The notes under the pieces were generated by a model. It had not been told where the DNA came from and did not search any database. It worked only from the letters and a program-made list of their open reading frames with translations. DNA of 62,645 bases from a virus (lineage: Duplodnaviria > Caudoviricetes), in IMG/VR virus record IMGVR_UViG_3300028883_000508, positions 1-62,645 of that record; one strand, 5' to 3'. Shown here piece after piece: positions 19,360-29,136 of this stretch. A program made the position numbers and the translations under genes. Within the stretch, counting starts at the first letter, position 1. Each line of letters begins with the position of its first letter.

Positions 19360-19683
19360 ATTTTTCATCCATTGTTTTTCTATTTTTCTATTTTTCCAAG
19401 ATTTTCTTGTTCTAACATCAGATCTTCCATAATCATCATATGCATTAGGAAGATTTGGTGATTTTCTTTTCCCTCTTACATATCCTTCATATGCAAAGGA
19501 AAGTTTTCTTTCTTGAGTAGATTTTGGTTTTTTACACCAACAATAGAAATATCTTCTGTATTTACTATTAGCACTTACAACAAAAGGTACAGGATCAATT
19601 CTAAATCTGTAAGTATGTTTAGGATATCCTATTCCTGGTTTTGCCCATCTTCTACATGCAGGTAATTTTTCACCATATTTCAT
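19339..19683 (-). CDS. Basic hypothetical phage protein
   Basis: GGAG upstream; KPKSTQER...LPNAYDD...SWK...KQW; stop lies inside tRNA-Gly. Confidence 0.75.
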   Translation of the reverse strand: MKYGEKLPACRRWAKPGIGYPKHTYRFRIDPVPFVVSANSKYRRYFYCWCKKPKSTQERKLSFAYEGYVRGKRKSPNLPNAYDDYGRSDVRTRKSWKNRKIEKQWMKNAGVRQW

Positions 19684-19710
19684 TTTTTTATCTCCTAAAT
19701 TAAAGTTAAA

Positions 19711-19941
19711 TTAGAAAATATCAAAAATATAATTACTCATTTTTTTCTCCTTCTCTTTTTTTTCATGTATTCTTGCTAAAGATTCCATTGCCCATTTTTC
19801 CATTTCAGGAGTTATATCCTTTTGTTCAGTAACAATCAATCCAATAGCTGTTAAAGCAGCAAAATCAGATAGTTCATCAAATCTCCAAGCTGTTACTGCT
19901 TCTTCTATTTGCTTCATTTTTTCTTTTATTTTCATTTTCAT
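19711..19941 (-). CDS. Hypothetical protein, probably leaderless
   Basis: ATG 19941 is 7 nt after the -10 box; the ORF-track extension overlaps tRNA-His. Confidence 0.6.
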   Translation of the reverse strand: MKMKIKEKMKQIEEAVTAWRFDELSDFAALTAIGLIVTEQKDITPEMEKWAMESLARIHEKKEKEKKMSNYIFDIF

Positions 19942-19947
19942 TTCCAT

Positions 19948-19976
19948 AGTATATTTTTTAAATAAACTATTGTCAA
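19948..19976 (-). promoter_or_regulatory. Sigma70-type promoter
   Basis: TTGACA-17 nt-TATACT. Confidence 0.75.
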
Positions 19977-19985
19977 GATAAATTT

Positions 19986-20063
19986 TGGGGTGGATGTGGA
20001 GAATCGAACTCCAATCATACAAGAGCCACAATCTTGCTCTTTACCATTTAAGATACATCCACC
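19986..20063 (-). tRNA. tRNA-His(GTG)
   Basis: G-1, GTGGATG/CATCCAC, C73, CAAGA-TTGTGGC-TCTTG, TGGAG-TTCGATT-CTCCA, CCA. Confidence 0.92.
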
Positions 20064-20075
20064 ATATTTACCATT

Positions 20076-20151
20076 TGGGGCCGATGAAAGGACTTGAACC
20101 CTCAACATTCTCCTTACAAAAGAGCTACTCTGCCAATTGAGTTACATCGGC
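20076..20151 (-). tRNA. tRNA-Thr(TGT)
   Basis: GCCGATG/CATCGGC, ACTC/GAGT D stem, loop TTTGTAA, GAGGG-TTCAAGT-CCTTT, CCA. Confidence 0.9.
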
Positions 20152-20152
20152 A

Positions 20153-21331
20153 CTAACATACATCTTTAAAAATGATACTAGGTATCACAACATCACTATA
20201 CATGTCAAGTTTATTTTTAAATGGTTTAATTACATCAAGACAATATTTAATTTCCTCTTTTATTGTTCTTGTAGGTACATATCCTTTGCTTGTAAGATTT
20301 TTAGTGATAAAATTATAATAATGATCCCCTGTAAATTCTGTTCTTGGTCCTTCAATCCATTGAGCAGTTGCATCAATTCCTATTTCCTTGCTTACATTAA
20401 TTACCATTGTAGCTATATCATTCATTGAATGCCATTCACTTAATTGATTCCATGTTTGAACTTCACCAGATTTAGCAGGATTATTAAGAGCAATCATTAA
20501 TGCTTGTATGCAATCATTTAGGCTTAAAAAGCTTCTCTGATGCTTTCCTTCACCATAAACTGTCAAAGGAATACCTAATATAGCCTGTACGATAAATCTA
20601 TTTAAGACTGTTCCACCAGCTTCATCAAAATCAAATCTAGAAAAAATATTATATTTATTAATTTCTGTTGTATATGAACCAAAAACAACACCTTGCATTA
20701 TATCAGTACATTTAAGTTTCCATGCTCTAGTAAGATAATCAATCAAATATGTTGATGCTACTTTACTTGTATGATATATACTTCCTGGCTTTCTTGGAAA
20801 TATAACTCTATTACTTTTCCTTCCTTTATGTTCAAAAGAAAAAAATCCTTCTTCAATATCAACATTTCCATAATGATCATATTCACCAGCAGTACCAATA
20901 GTAATATAATGACAATCAGGACAATGTTTTTTAATTGACCACAAAATATTATTAGTTCCTATAATATTATTATTCAATACTTTTTGTGCTTTTTCCTTTG
21001 ATATCATACTATATGGACCTGAAGGATTATGAGCAAGATTAAAAATTGCTTCTGGTTTATAATCTCTAACACATTGATCAAAATATGTATCTTGACCAGC
21101 AACATCAACATCTTCAAAATAAAATGGAACATCAGTCCTATAAAAATCTCTAAATCTTTTTATTTTTTCATTCATATCAAGAATAGGAATTGCAGATATT
21201 GACACCATATCTTCTTTAATCCATTTTCTTCTCCAAAAATTATCAAAACCAAAAACATCATATCCTTCACTCAATAATCTTTGAGTTAAAGCATTACCAA
21301 TATAACCATCACAACCAATAACAAATATCAT
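20153..21331 (-). CDS. sqdB: UDP-sulfoquinovose synthase (SqdB/Agl3-like extended SDR)
   Basis: GCDGYIG, PSGPYSM, GTAGEY, DIEEG, PGSIYHTSK, TDIMQGVVFG, RFDFDEAGGTVLNRF, PLTVYGEG, NQLSE. Confidence 0.85.
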   Translation of the reverse strand: MIFVIGCDGYIGNALTQRLLSEGYDVFGFDNFWRRKWIKEDMVSISAIPILDMNEKIKRFRDFYRTDVPFYFEDVDVAGQDTYFDQCVRDYKPEAIFNLAHNPSGPYSMISKEKAQKVLNNNIIGTNNILWSIKKHCPDCHYITIGTAGEYDHYGNVDIEEGFFSFEHKGRKSNRVIFPRKPGSIYHTSKVASTYLIDYLTRAWKLKCTDIMQGVVFGSYTTEINKYNIFSRFDFDEAGGTVLNRFIVQAILGIPLTVYGEGKHQRSFLSLNDCIQALMIALNNPAKSGEVQTWNQLSEWHSMNDIATMVINVSKEIGIDATAQWIEGPRTEFTGDHYYNFITKNLTSKGYVPTRTIKEEIKYCLDVIKPFKNKLDMYSDVVIPSIIFKDVC

Positions 21332-21341
21332 ATCATCCCCC

Positions 21342-21566
21342 TTACATCATCTCTTTTTTTGTTTTAGCATTCCATTTATCATTAAATTGATTTAAAAAAT
21401 CCCCATCAACTAACATTAAATTTCCATTACTTGATTTGAATATAACATACCCATCATTATCTATTTTTTTATTTTCTATTCTATCTTCTATTTCAGATTT
21501 TATTTCTTGTAATTGTTTTTCTAAAGATTCCATTCTTGCTAAAATTGTTTTATTATTTGTTAACAT
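21342..21566 (-). CDS. Hypothetical protein
   Basis: 74 aa ORF in operon. Confidence 0.6.
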   Translation of the reverse strand: MLTNNKTILARMESLEKQLQEIKSEIEDRIENKKIDNDGYVIFKSSNGNLMLVDGDFLNQFNDKWNAKTKKEMM

Positions 21567-21568
21567 AT

Positions 21569-21829
21569 CTATTCTCCTTTTTCTGGTAGTCTTACATTTT
21601 CTCCCCTTGATTTTGCTTCATTATAAAGTCTATAATACTGACTAGTATTTCCCGACCAATCACATATATCTGATTTAGGATCATATTTTAGATCAAATCT
21701 TGTTCCTTTTTTTGGAAATACTCTTTTAGCATCTTGCCCACATTTGGGGCATTTTACTTTTTTTACATTATGTTTTTCCAAACTATCAAATTCATTACCA
21801 CATGGGCATGAAAAGTCATAAATTGGCAT
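21569..21829 (-). CDS. FmdB-family zinc-ribbon protein
   Basis: MPIYDFSCPCG...CPKCG. Confidence 0.8.
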   Translation of the reverse strand: MPIYDFSCPCGNEFDSLEKHNVKKVKCPKCGQDAKRVFPKKGTRFDLKYDPKSDICDWSGNTSQYYRLYNEAKSRGENVRLPEKGE

Positions 21830-22014
21830 TACTCCCCCTTAGAATATCCATTTTTTTCTGAATACCCATTCATTATAAAATTACTTGATGATATAATTTT
21901 TATAGCATTTCCTTTACATTTCCAACAAGTTATTTTCTTTATATTACTATTTATCGGATATCTTCTTGATTCTACATTACCACAATTTTTACATTTAAAT
22001 TCATAAATTGGCAT
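21829..22014 (-). CDS. FmdB-family zinc-ribbon protein
   Basis: MPIYEFKCKNCG...CWKC...KIISSSNF. Confidence 0.8.
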   Translation of the reverse strand: MPIYEFKCKNCGNVESRRYPINSNIKKITCWKCKGNAIKIISSSNFIMNGYSEKNGYSKGE

Positions 22015-22597
22015 TTATTTTACTCCTTAATCTAATATCATTTAATTCTAAATCAGGCATTTTAGGACAACTATACATCATATCTTCAAATATTCTATTA
22101 TTAAATTTATTTTTTATTTTAAAAAGCTTTACATAACAATGTTCTAAAACAATATCAATATCTAAAGAAATAAATATATTTTCAAAAATATTTTGATATT
22201 CTTTATTTATGATATAATCTAAAATAATAAAATCATAATCTTCTTCTGGCTTTATAGTTATAGTTCCTAAAGGTTTATATATCATATTATCTTTAGTTTT
22301 GTTAATATTATTTTCAAGTAATTTTTTAGAAGAAGATATGTTTTTTAAAGTATATAATGTCAAATATGGATGATATGGAATAAAATTAACATCATATCTA
22401 ATTAACCAACTTTTTATATAATCAAATGTTCTTTTAAATATTTTTTTATTTATTTCAAATTCAAAATAAAATTCTTTTTCGTTTCTTTTTGATCCATCAG
22501 AATTTTCTCTTAATACTTTTTTCATGAAATTTTCTTCTGTAGGACCAATACTTGTTTGAATAATCTTTTTTTCACCCACATATTCTCTAAATTTCAT
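22001..22597 (-). CDS. Hypothetical protein with capsid-targeting-like leader
   Basis: MKFREYVGE N-terminus; GGAG upstream. Confidence 0.6.
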   Translation of the reverse strand: MKFREYVGEKKIIQTSIGPTEENFMKKVLRENSDGSKRNEKEFYFEFEINKKIFKRTFDYIKSWLIRYDVNFIPYHPYLTLYTLKNISSSKKLLENNINKTKDNMIYKPLGTITIKPEEDYDFIILDYIINKEYQNIFENIFISLDIDIVLEHCYVKLFKIKNKFNNRIFEDMMYSCPKMPDLELNDIRLRSKINANL

Positions 22598-22638
22598 TAT
22601 ACTATCCTTTTTTATTAGTTAATTCTATATAAACATAT

Positions 22639-23466
22639 TTAACTTTCATTAATAAACCTTTTTATCCCATTTATAATAATATCAGGACTTGTATCTTTAT
22701 TTGAAGGTATTACATAGCAATTTTTATTTCCAAAATTATATATACCATCTTCTCTATATTGACCTGGATTTTCCCCCCAACTAAAAACATTTTTTTGTTG
22801 AAGATTACTAATACTTGTCCAATAAGATAATGGAGTTATTATTGCTTTTGCATTTGATATATAATTGATGATATATTTAAATCCTGATTCATAATAATCA
22901 ATTTTATTTAATATTATATTATCCTTTGAAAACCATGTATCAGTATTTCCAACTACAACTATATCACAAAACGATTTTAACCAATTATAAATATAAGCAA
23001 GTTTTTCTAATTTTTCTTGTTTAGCAGGTATAAATATAATCTTATTTCTATATTCTTCTAAATTTTCATCAATAATATTTATTTCTTCAAATATTTTATT
23101 ATAAATGCTATATGGAATAGATGTTTTGGAATAAGAAAGATGATGTATTTCAATATCTTTTCTATTACAATTTTCTCTTTTTAATATTTCTTCTTTAAAT
23201 GCTTTTAAAATAATTCCGAAATCTTTTTTATTAATTTTTTTATGAATATATCCTTTTTGATTTTTTTCATCTCTTGAAAATTGTTGATATACTGGTATTA
23301 TATTTTCTTTAGGTATAAAATCATATAAAAAAAGTCTGTTAATATGTGTACTTAAATAAATCTTATCCCATTCAACAGCTTTAGATAACCATCTTGCATA
23401 TGGTCTAAATGTTAATATTTCTTCTTTAAATGATCCTATATATGGCCCAATCGCTAATATCTTCAT
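22639..23466 (-). CDS. Putative GT-B glycosyltransferase (GT9-like)
   Basis: GPYIGSF N-terminal loop; ISNAKAIITPLSYWTSI...VFSWG resembles the GT9 C-domain. Confidence 0.45.
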   Translation of the reverse strand: MKILAIGPYIGSFKEEILTFRPYARWLSKAVEWDKIYLSTHINRLFLYDFIPKENIIPVYQQFSRDEKNQKGYIHKKINKKDFGIILKAFKEEILKRENCNRKDIEIHHLSYSKTSIPYSIYNKIFEEINIIDENLEEYRNKIIFIPAKQEKLEKLAYIYNWLKSFCDIVVVGNTDTWFSKDNIILNKIDYYESGFKYIINYISNAKAIITPLSYWTSISNLQQKNVFSWGENPGQYREDGIYNFGNKNCYVIPSNKDTSPDIIINGIKRFINES

Positions 23467-23943
23467 TTATACCTGTTCATTATTACCAATAATGATTACA
23501 TTTCCCTTCCATTTATCTAGAATTTCCATTTTTTCATCATATATTTTTTTATTTACTGCAATAACTTCAGTATTTCTAAGTAGATCTTCAAATATACCTT
23601 CCATTAGAAAAAAATTTCTTTCTTCTTTACTAAGATTCAATAAATTAAAGAGAATTTTATTATTTTTTCTAAAGAAACTAATTATATTAGCATCTTTTTT
23701 ATTCATAACATAATACTTCTTTTCAGTCCTTCTCAAGATAGAATTATATTCTCTTATATTATCTTCAATAACGAATCTATTTGTTTTTGGAAATAATTGT
23801 AATACTTGATTTACTAATTCATAAGTTGGCATTGCAAAATCAAGTTTAATTAAATGTACTCTATGTATTTTTTGATATGTATTAGAACTGTAGTTTTCCT
23901 CATTTACTTTAATATAATCTGTTCCTATTGCTGTTATTCTCAT
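23467..23943 (-). CDS. Hypothetical protein
   Basis: 158 aa ORF abutting its neighbours. Confidence 0.7.
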   Translation of the reverse strand: MRITAIGTDYIKVNEENYSSNTYQKIHRVHLIKLDFAMPTYELVNQVLQLFPKTNRFVIEDNIREYNSILRRTEKKYYVMNKKDANIISFFRKNNKILFNLLNLSKEERNFFLMEGIFEDLLRNTEVIAVNKKIYDEKMEILDKWKGNVIIIGNNEQV

Positions 23944-23946
23944 CTG

Positions 23947-24960
23947 TTACCCCCTTAACATTTTTAATATAGATAGTTTAGTATAGGCTGTTGAATAGCT
24001 TACAGAATTTTGGGTAATCAACTCATAAACATTAATCCCTTGTTCTTTTCTTACTACATAACTATTTATATCTTCTTTGTCTCTAAAATCAGAGGTATAG
24101 ATAAAATATTTTACTTTTTTAGCATAATCATTTTTCTTCATGAATTTAGCTAAAGCTTTATATGCTTCAGAATCATTATCCAAAGCTATTATCACATTTT
24201 TATTTGTAAAATTTAATAATTCTTTTATTAAATCATTTGATATTTCTTTTCCTAAACATGAAGTTCCTTGGTGATCTTCTACCATAAAAGCATCAATCAA
24301 TCCTTCATGTATTATAATGTTTTTATTTTTATCGAATTTATATTTGTTGAGTATACATAGTTCTTTTGGAGCCACAGGATTATCATATTTAGGTTCAATA
24401 CTAGTACCTGGAATTCTTCTTGCTTGAAAATATATTATGTTTTTATTTTCATTGAATATTGGAATTATAATCCTATTTCTATATTTTCCAGAATAGCATA
24501 TATATATTTCATAAGATTTTGGAATTCTTCTTGATTTATAGAATTTTTTTAATGCATTTACATATCTATTATCATCTTTTAAAGTATAACATTTCTCTTT
24601 TATAAAATTAAAATTATCTTCTTCTATTTCTTTTTTAATAGGAACAGGTCTTTTCTTATATGTTCCCATTTGTTTTTTTATTGATTTTTTATTATATTTA
24701 AATATTTCTTTTTTTGCATCATCATATGATAGACCTTTTACTATAGAATAAATTTCAATAAAATTTCCATGTCTACCACAATTCCAACAATGCCACCCAG
24801 GAACACCATTATTCCAATCCATATTGAATCTTTTTTTGTAGGGATTTTTTTCGCTATCTCCACATAAAATACATCTTGCTAAAAAATGAGTTCCATTATT
24901 AGTTACTTTGGTTTGTTCAAAGTTTTGTAACATAAATTGTTGAATAAATTCTAAATCCAC
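23947..24960 (-). CDS. gp61: DNA primase, T4 gp61-like
   Basis: CILCGDS...CWNCG zinc domain, RIIIP, FQAR, EGLIDA, LDND TOPRIM, EDIN. Confidence 0.93.
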   Translation of the reverse strand: MDLEFIQQFMLQNFEQTKVTNNGTHFLARCILCGDSEKNPYKKRFNMDWNNGVPGWHCWNCGRHGNFIEIYSIVKGLSYDDAKKEIFKYNKKSIKKQMGTYKKRPVPIKKEIEEDNFNFIKEKCYTLKDDNRYVNALKKFYKSRRIPKSYEIYICYSGKYRNRIIIPIFNENKNIIYFQARRIPGTSIEPKYDNPVAPKELCILNKYKFDKNKNIIIHEGLIDAFMVEDHQGTSCLGKEISNDLIKELLNFTNKNVIIALDNDSEAYKALAKFMKKNDYAKKVKYFIYTSDFRDKEDINSYVVRKEQGINVYELITQNSVSYSTAYTKLSILKMLRG

Positions 24961-25118
24961 TATGCTTCCTCATAAGAAGGACAAGAAAAATCAAATGGTG
25001 TGTATAAAATACTTTTGCCATTATCTTTTTCTTTCCATACTCCTAATTTACAATATATTTCTCCATTCTTTTTTTTACAATTAAAACAAGACGTACATAA
25101 CCTAATTTCTACGTTCAT
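24960..25118 (-). CDS. Small Cys-rich protein (52 aa, absent from the ORF track)
   Basis: MNVEIRLCTSCFNCKKKNGEIYC...SCPSYEEA*; TAG overlaps the primase GTG. Confidence 0.6.
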   Translation of the reverse strand: MNVEIRLCTSCFNCKKKNGEIYCKLGVWKEKDNGKSILYTPFDFSCPSYEEA

Positions 25119-25470
25119 ATTCTTCACTAAATTTTCTCCTTATATCTGGTGGAAATAACTTAAAAAAACTTCTATAATCTGAATCACTACATATATTAAA
25201 CATATCTGCCATTATACACATTATTTCAATTGTAGAAATATTATTTCCATGTTGTCTTTTTAATTTATTATATATTTTTTTTACTGATTTTTTTAAAGAT
25301 AAGTGTATTGATTGTCTTGATATGTTTAATATATTTCCTATATCATCTCCTGACATATGTTTTCCATTTTCAAAAGCTACACATTCTATTTTATCTTTAT
25401 TTTTTTCAAAAAATAAAGTATAATCTTTATTAGATACAATTTTTTTCATATTTATTCCTTTATATATCAC
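25102..25470 (-). CDS. HTH DNA-binding protein (sigma region 4-like)
   Basis: MSGDDIGNILNISRQSIHLSLKKS. Confidence 0.6.
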   Translation of the reverse strand: MIYKGINMKKIVSNKDYTLFFEKNKDKIECVAFENGKHMSGDDIGNILNISRQSIHLSLKKSVKKIYNKLKRQHGNNISTIEIMCIMADMFNICSDSDYRSFFKLFPPDIRRKFSEEYERRN

Positions 25471-28294
25471 ATGATCCTGTACTGCAAGTTCTTTCTTCTT
25501 GATCTTGTATTATATTACCTTCCTTTATATATTTTTTTATTTCTTTTTTAGTTAATGGATTTAATATCTGTCCTTCTCTTGAACCATCAACATAAACAGT
25601 ACATCCTTTTAAATCTCTAATATACTCAAGTAGTAAATTACTTAATTGTTCTGATTTAAATTCTTTTGGGCAATTAATAGTTTTTGATACAGCACCATCA
25701 ACATATCTTTGAACTGCTACTTGTGTTTCAAAATGATCTTCAGGTTTTAAATTAAAACTATCAACATACCAATCTGGTGTTTTTTCATTATTTTCTATTA
25801 TTTTTTTATAGATGGGATGAATATATGCTCTATCACTTATCTCATCATGCCTTAGATATGCTTTACAGAATAATGGTTCAATGCTACTTGTTACTTCTGG
25901 TAGTAATGATATAGTTCCAGTAGGTGCTATGGCAAGCAATGTAACATTTCTAATTCCATATTTTTTAATATCCATTCTTGTTTTTGCTGGTAATGATTTA
26001 ATGAAGTGTGCTTTTGAATACTCTCTACTATCAAATTTTGGGAAAGGTTCTTTTTCTTCTGCAAGTTTAATGGAAGACTCATAAGCAAAATTTCTTATAT
26101 TCTCCATTAAAGTATTAGTGACTCTTATTGCTTCTTGTGATCCATATTTAACCCCCTTTGAAAATAAATACTCAGCAAGGCCCATAACACCTAATCCAAT
26201 TCTTCTGCCATCAAATGCTTTACGTTTTACATCTTCAATAACATATCTATTTACTTGAATAATATTATCTAAAAATCTAACAGCATTATGAACTGTTTTT
26301 TCCATTAATTGCCAATTAGTATTAGTTTTTCCTGTAATAAAATTTGGTAATACTAAACTACCAAGACAGCAAACCCCATGAGCACCTAATGGAACTTCTC
26401 CACAAGGGTTGGTACTATTATGAACAACAATACCATTAGCTATTAAAGAATGTGTAACATTAGTTTCAACATCATATACTTCTTGTTCTCCTAAAGACTT
26501 AATAGATTTAACTTTAAACATTCCATAATATTTTTCATTCCATATACTTCCAAATTCATAATCATTTAAAATATTACTTTTTTCTGAATGTTTACTACCA
26601 ATTAATTTTTTAAAAGCCATACATGATAATTTTCTACTAATATTAACAGTATATGCAGTAAAAAGTTTTTCATTTAATTTTGATATCCTTGATCCAATAG
26701 ATGATGGAATACCAAATTCATTTAACATTATTTGTATTCTTTCTGCTATATTTTTCTTTGATGTTACAAGAGTTATTTTTTTACCTTTTCCTGTATTTCC
26801 ATTACCAACTCTTTGTATACTACCATCTGAATCATATAAACCAGAAATAAAACCACGTTTAAAACTTGGAGATTCTTGTAGAACATCATCTGATATAAAT
26901 TTACTGCTTCTTCTTGTTCCTCTCATATATCCATATTCATTTACATCACAATAATAACCCCATCTTTTAAAATACTCAACCACATCTTTAGATGAAGTTG
27001 TTAATTCAAAAGATTTACTTCCATTAGAACTTCTATGCCAATTTGTATGTCTACCTGAAAGAATTAAATTATTAATTTTTGTTTCAACAAAATTCATCAT
27101 ATCTTCTTCATTTTCATTAAAACAAAAACCATATTGTGTTGTATTATTATTTTTACAAATCCATCCATCTCCAACTAATAAACCAAGTAAATAACCATTA
27201 TCAAATTCTTTTTCATTTTCTAAATTATTGACAAAATGTTGAGAAATAGAATTTTGAACATACATATAATCTTCTTTGACTTTTAAATTTTTTACTTCTT
27301 TCCATCCATCTTTTGTCCATACTTTATGATTATCTGTAAGTTTTATTTTTTGATTATTTTGAAGTTTAATTTCAAATATTTCTTTTACACCTGATTTAAA
27401 ACCAATTCCATCTTCAATAAATGTTCCTTGAGAACCAATAACTCTTAAATCAGATATTGTTTTTACTTTCTTATCTACCAAATCTTTGATAGGAATAAGC
27501 CCTTTGGTAGTTGAAATAAGAGTATCACCAGTAAAACAAAGGATAGGATCAAAATAATAGCTGTTATTTGATCTAAGATTATCCCAATTAATTAATCCTG
27601 GTTCTGCACATTTAACCATATTAGTTAAAATTAAATCCCATATTTCTCTTGCTTTAAGTGTAATCCATTGTTTATTTCCCCATTTTAAATTCCAATCACT
27701 ATCTGCTTCCACAGCTTCAAGAAAATCTTCTATTACTCCAACTGAAATATTGAAGCAATTAAGTTCTCCATCTACTAATTTTGCATTTATGAATTTAATG
27801 ATATCTGGATGGGTTACAAGCATCATAGCTAATGCAGCAGCACGTCTAGCTCCACCAGTTTTAATACAATTAGCACCTGCATTTGCCCATTTTAGAAATG
27901 AAATTGGTCCTGAAGATTCTCCACCTTTTTGAATAATAGGTGCATTTTCTGGTCTTAAAAAGGATGCATTGCATCCAACTCCCCCACCTTCCGACCAAAG
28001 AACTCCACAATTTTTTTGAAAATCACCAATTTGATCCATTGAATCTTCTAATGGTTCAACATAACAATTAAATAATGATCCTCTTGGTCTTCCTATATTT
28101 CTTAAAATTCTTCCACCTGGAAGAAATAACATATTGTATACATCTGAAGCAAAAATATCAGTCCATTCTTTAAAATTTGGTTCTATTTGTGCTCCACCTA
28201 TACCAACTCTTTCTGATAATTCTTGCCATGTTTCATTTTCATACATAGCATATCTACTTTTTAAAATAATATTCGAATTTTTACTTAAAACCAT
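25460..28294 (-). CDS. nrdJ: Class II (B12-dependent) ribonucleotide reductase with intein
   Basis: FLPGGR, LFNCYV, GGARRAA, FNISV, TNPCGE, RIGLGVMG, IAPTGT, VSKTIN, C-terminal CSTGSCDI. Confidence 0.93.
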   Translation of the reverse strand: MVLSKNSNIILKSRYAMYENETWQELSERVGIGGAQIEPNFKEWTDIFASDVYNMLFLPGGRILRNIGRPRGSLFNCYVEPLEDSMDQIGDFQKNCGVLWSEGGGVGCNASFLRPENAPIIQKGGESSGPISFLKWANAGANCIKTGGARRAAALAMMLVTHPDIIKFINAKLVDGELNCFNISVGVIEDFLEAVEADSDWNLKWGNKQWITLKAREIWDLILTNMVKCAEPGLINWDNLRSNNSYYFDPILCFTGDTLISTTKGLIPIKDLVDKKVKTISDLRVIGSQGTFIEDGIGFKSGVKEIFEIKLQNNQKIKLTDNHKVWTKDGWKEVKNLKVKEDYMYVQNSISQHFVNNLENEKEFDNGYLLGLLVGDGWICKNNNTTQYGFCFNENEEDMMNFVETKINNLILSGRHTNWHRSSNGSKSFELTTSSKDVVEYFKRWGYYCDVNEYGYMRGTRRSSKFISDDVLQESPSFKRGFISGLYDSDGSIQRVGNGNTGKGKKITLVTSKKNIAERIQIMLNEFGIPSSIGSRISKLNEKLFTAYTVNISRKLSCMAFKKLIGSKHSEKSNILNDYEFGSIWNEKYYGMFKVKSIKSLGEQEVYDVETNVTHSLIANGIVVHNSTNPCGEVPLGAHGVCCLGSLVLPNFITGKTNTNWQLMEKTVHNAVRFLDNIIQVNRYVIEDVKRKAFDGRRIGLGVMGLAEYLFSKGVKYGSQEAIRVTNTLMENIRNFAYESSIKLAEEKEPFPKFDSREYSKAHFIKSLPAKTRMDIKKYGIRNVTLLAIAPTGTISLLPEVTSSIEPLFCKAYLRHDEISDRAYIHPIYKKIIENNEKTPDWYVDSFNLKPEDHFETQVAVQRYVDGAVSKTINCPKEFKSEQLSNLLLEYIRDLKGCTVYVDGSREGQILNPLTKKEIKKYIKEGNIIQDQEERTCSTGSCDI
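26417..27538 (-). mobile_element. Intein (374 aa) with LAGLIDADG homing endonuclease in NrdJ
   Basis: CFTGDT...GIVVHN|S-TNPC; YLLGLLVGDG and FISGLYDSDG. Confidence 0.93.
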
Positions 28295-28886
28295 TACTCC
28301 TTTCCTCCATGTAGTTTATTTCATATTTTCTTTTATCTACATGAAAATGCTTGTATATTCCCATAACACTACATTCATTAAAATGTGCAATTCGTTCACC
28401 ACAAGAATAACAATAAATAATTTTTGTTTTTATAGTTGCATAAGAATTATCTGTTCCTATTTCTCCTGTATATAATACTCTATGATAATCTTCTTTAAAT
28501 AAAATATCAAATACATCTCCACATCTATTACATTTTACAGTGGTATATCTATATTCTGATGGATTACAAAACATTTCCCATATTTTATGAAATGATGTTG
28601 GCATTTTTTCACTTGATCTTCTTAATATTTCTCCAAGCATTGACCGTAAATAATTTAAATCACAACCATAACTTATATTTTCATATATTCTAATTATTAC
28701 TTCATAGAATTCTTTAAAATTAGGAAAATATATTCTATTAGGGTTTTTTATTTCTTCTTTAATTTCTTTTTCTTTTTCTTTTTCTTTTTCTTCTTTAATT
28801 GATGCTTGAATTGATTTTTGAATGTTTATCCAATCTCCATTTATATCAGATTCAATATCATCAAGAATATTATTCTGATTTTTCAT
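28281..28886 (-). CDS. Hypothetical zinc-binding protein
   Basis: Likely start MKNQNN; CNRCG and CYSCG. Confidence 0.6.
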   Translation of the reverse strand: MKNQNNILDDIESDINGDWINIQKSIQASIKEEKEKEKEKEIKEEIKNPNRIYFPNFKEFYEVIIRIYENISYGCDLNYLRSMLGEILRRSSEKMPTSFHKIWEMFCNPSEYRYTTVKCNRCGDVFDILFKEDYHRVLYTGEIGTDNSYATIKTKIIYCYSCGERIAHFNECSVMGIYKHFHVDKRKYEINYMEERSNGFK

Positions 28887-29136
28887 CTGACCCCCATCCA
28901 CAATTAGGACAAAAAATCCATCCTTCTTCCATTGCTGAATCACAATTTGGGCAAAAAATACCTATTTTTTCTCTTACCCATTTTTCTAAACTCATTTGAA
29001 TTAATTTAGCTGTATATCCAATAGGATCTTTAAAACCATATTCTTCTTTCATAAAATCAGATTTAATATATTTTATTTCTTCTATATTAACATCAAATCC
29101 AATTACTACTTCTATTGTTGTTTTTTGTTCAGACAT
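28870..29136 (-). CDS. Zinc-ribbon protein
   Basis: FCPNCD...FCPNCG. Confidence 0.7.
   Translation of the reverse strand: MSEQKTTIEVVIGFDVNIEEIKYIKSDFMKEEYGFKDPIGYTAKLIQMSLEKWVREKIGIFCPNCDSAMEEGWIFCPNCGWGSDEKSE

Noticed and set aside
19275-19361. ORF-track N-terminal extensions here and at 19942-20031 and 42220-42258
   Set aside because: They overlap tRNAs; better downstream starts exist
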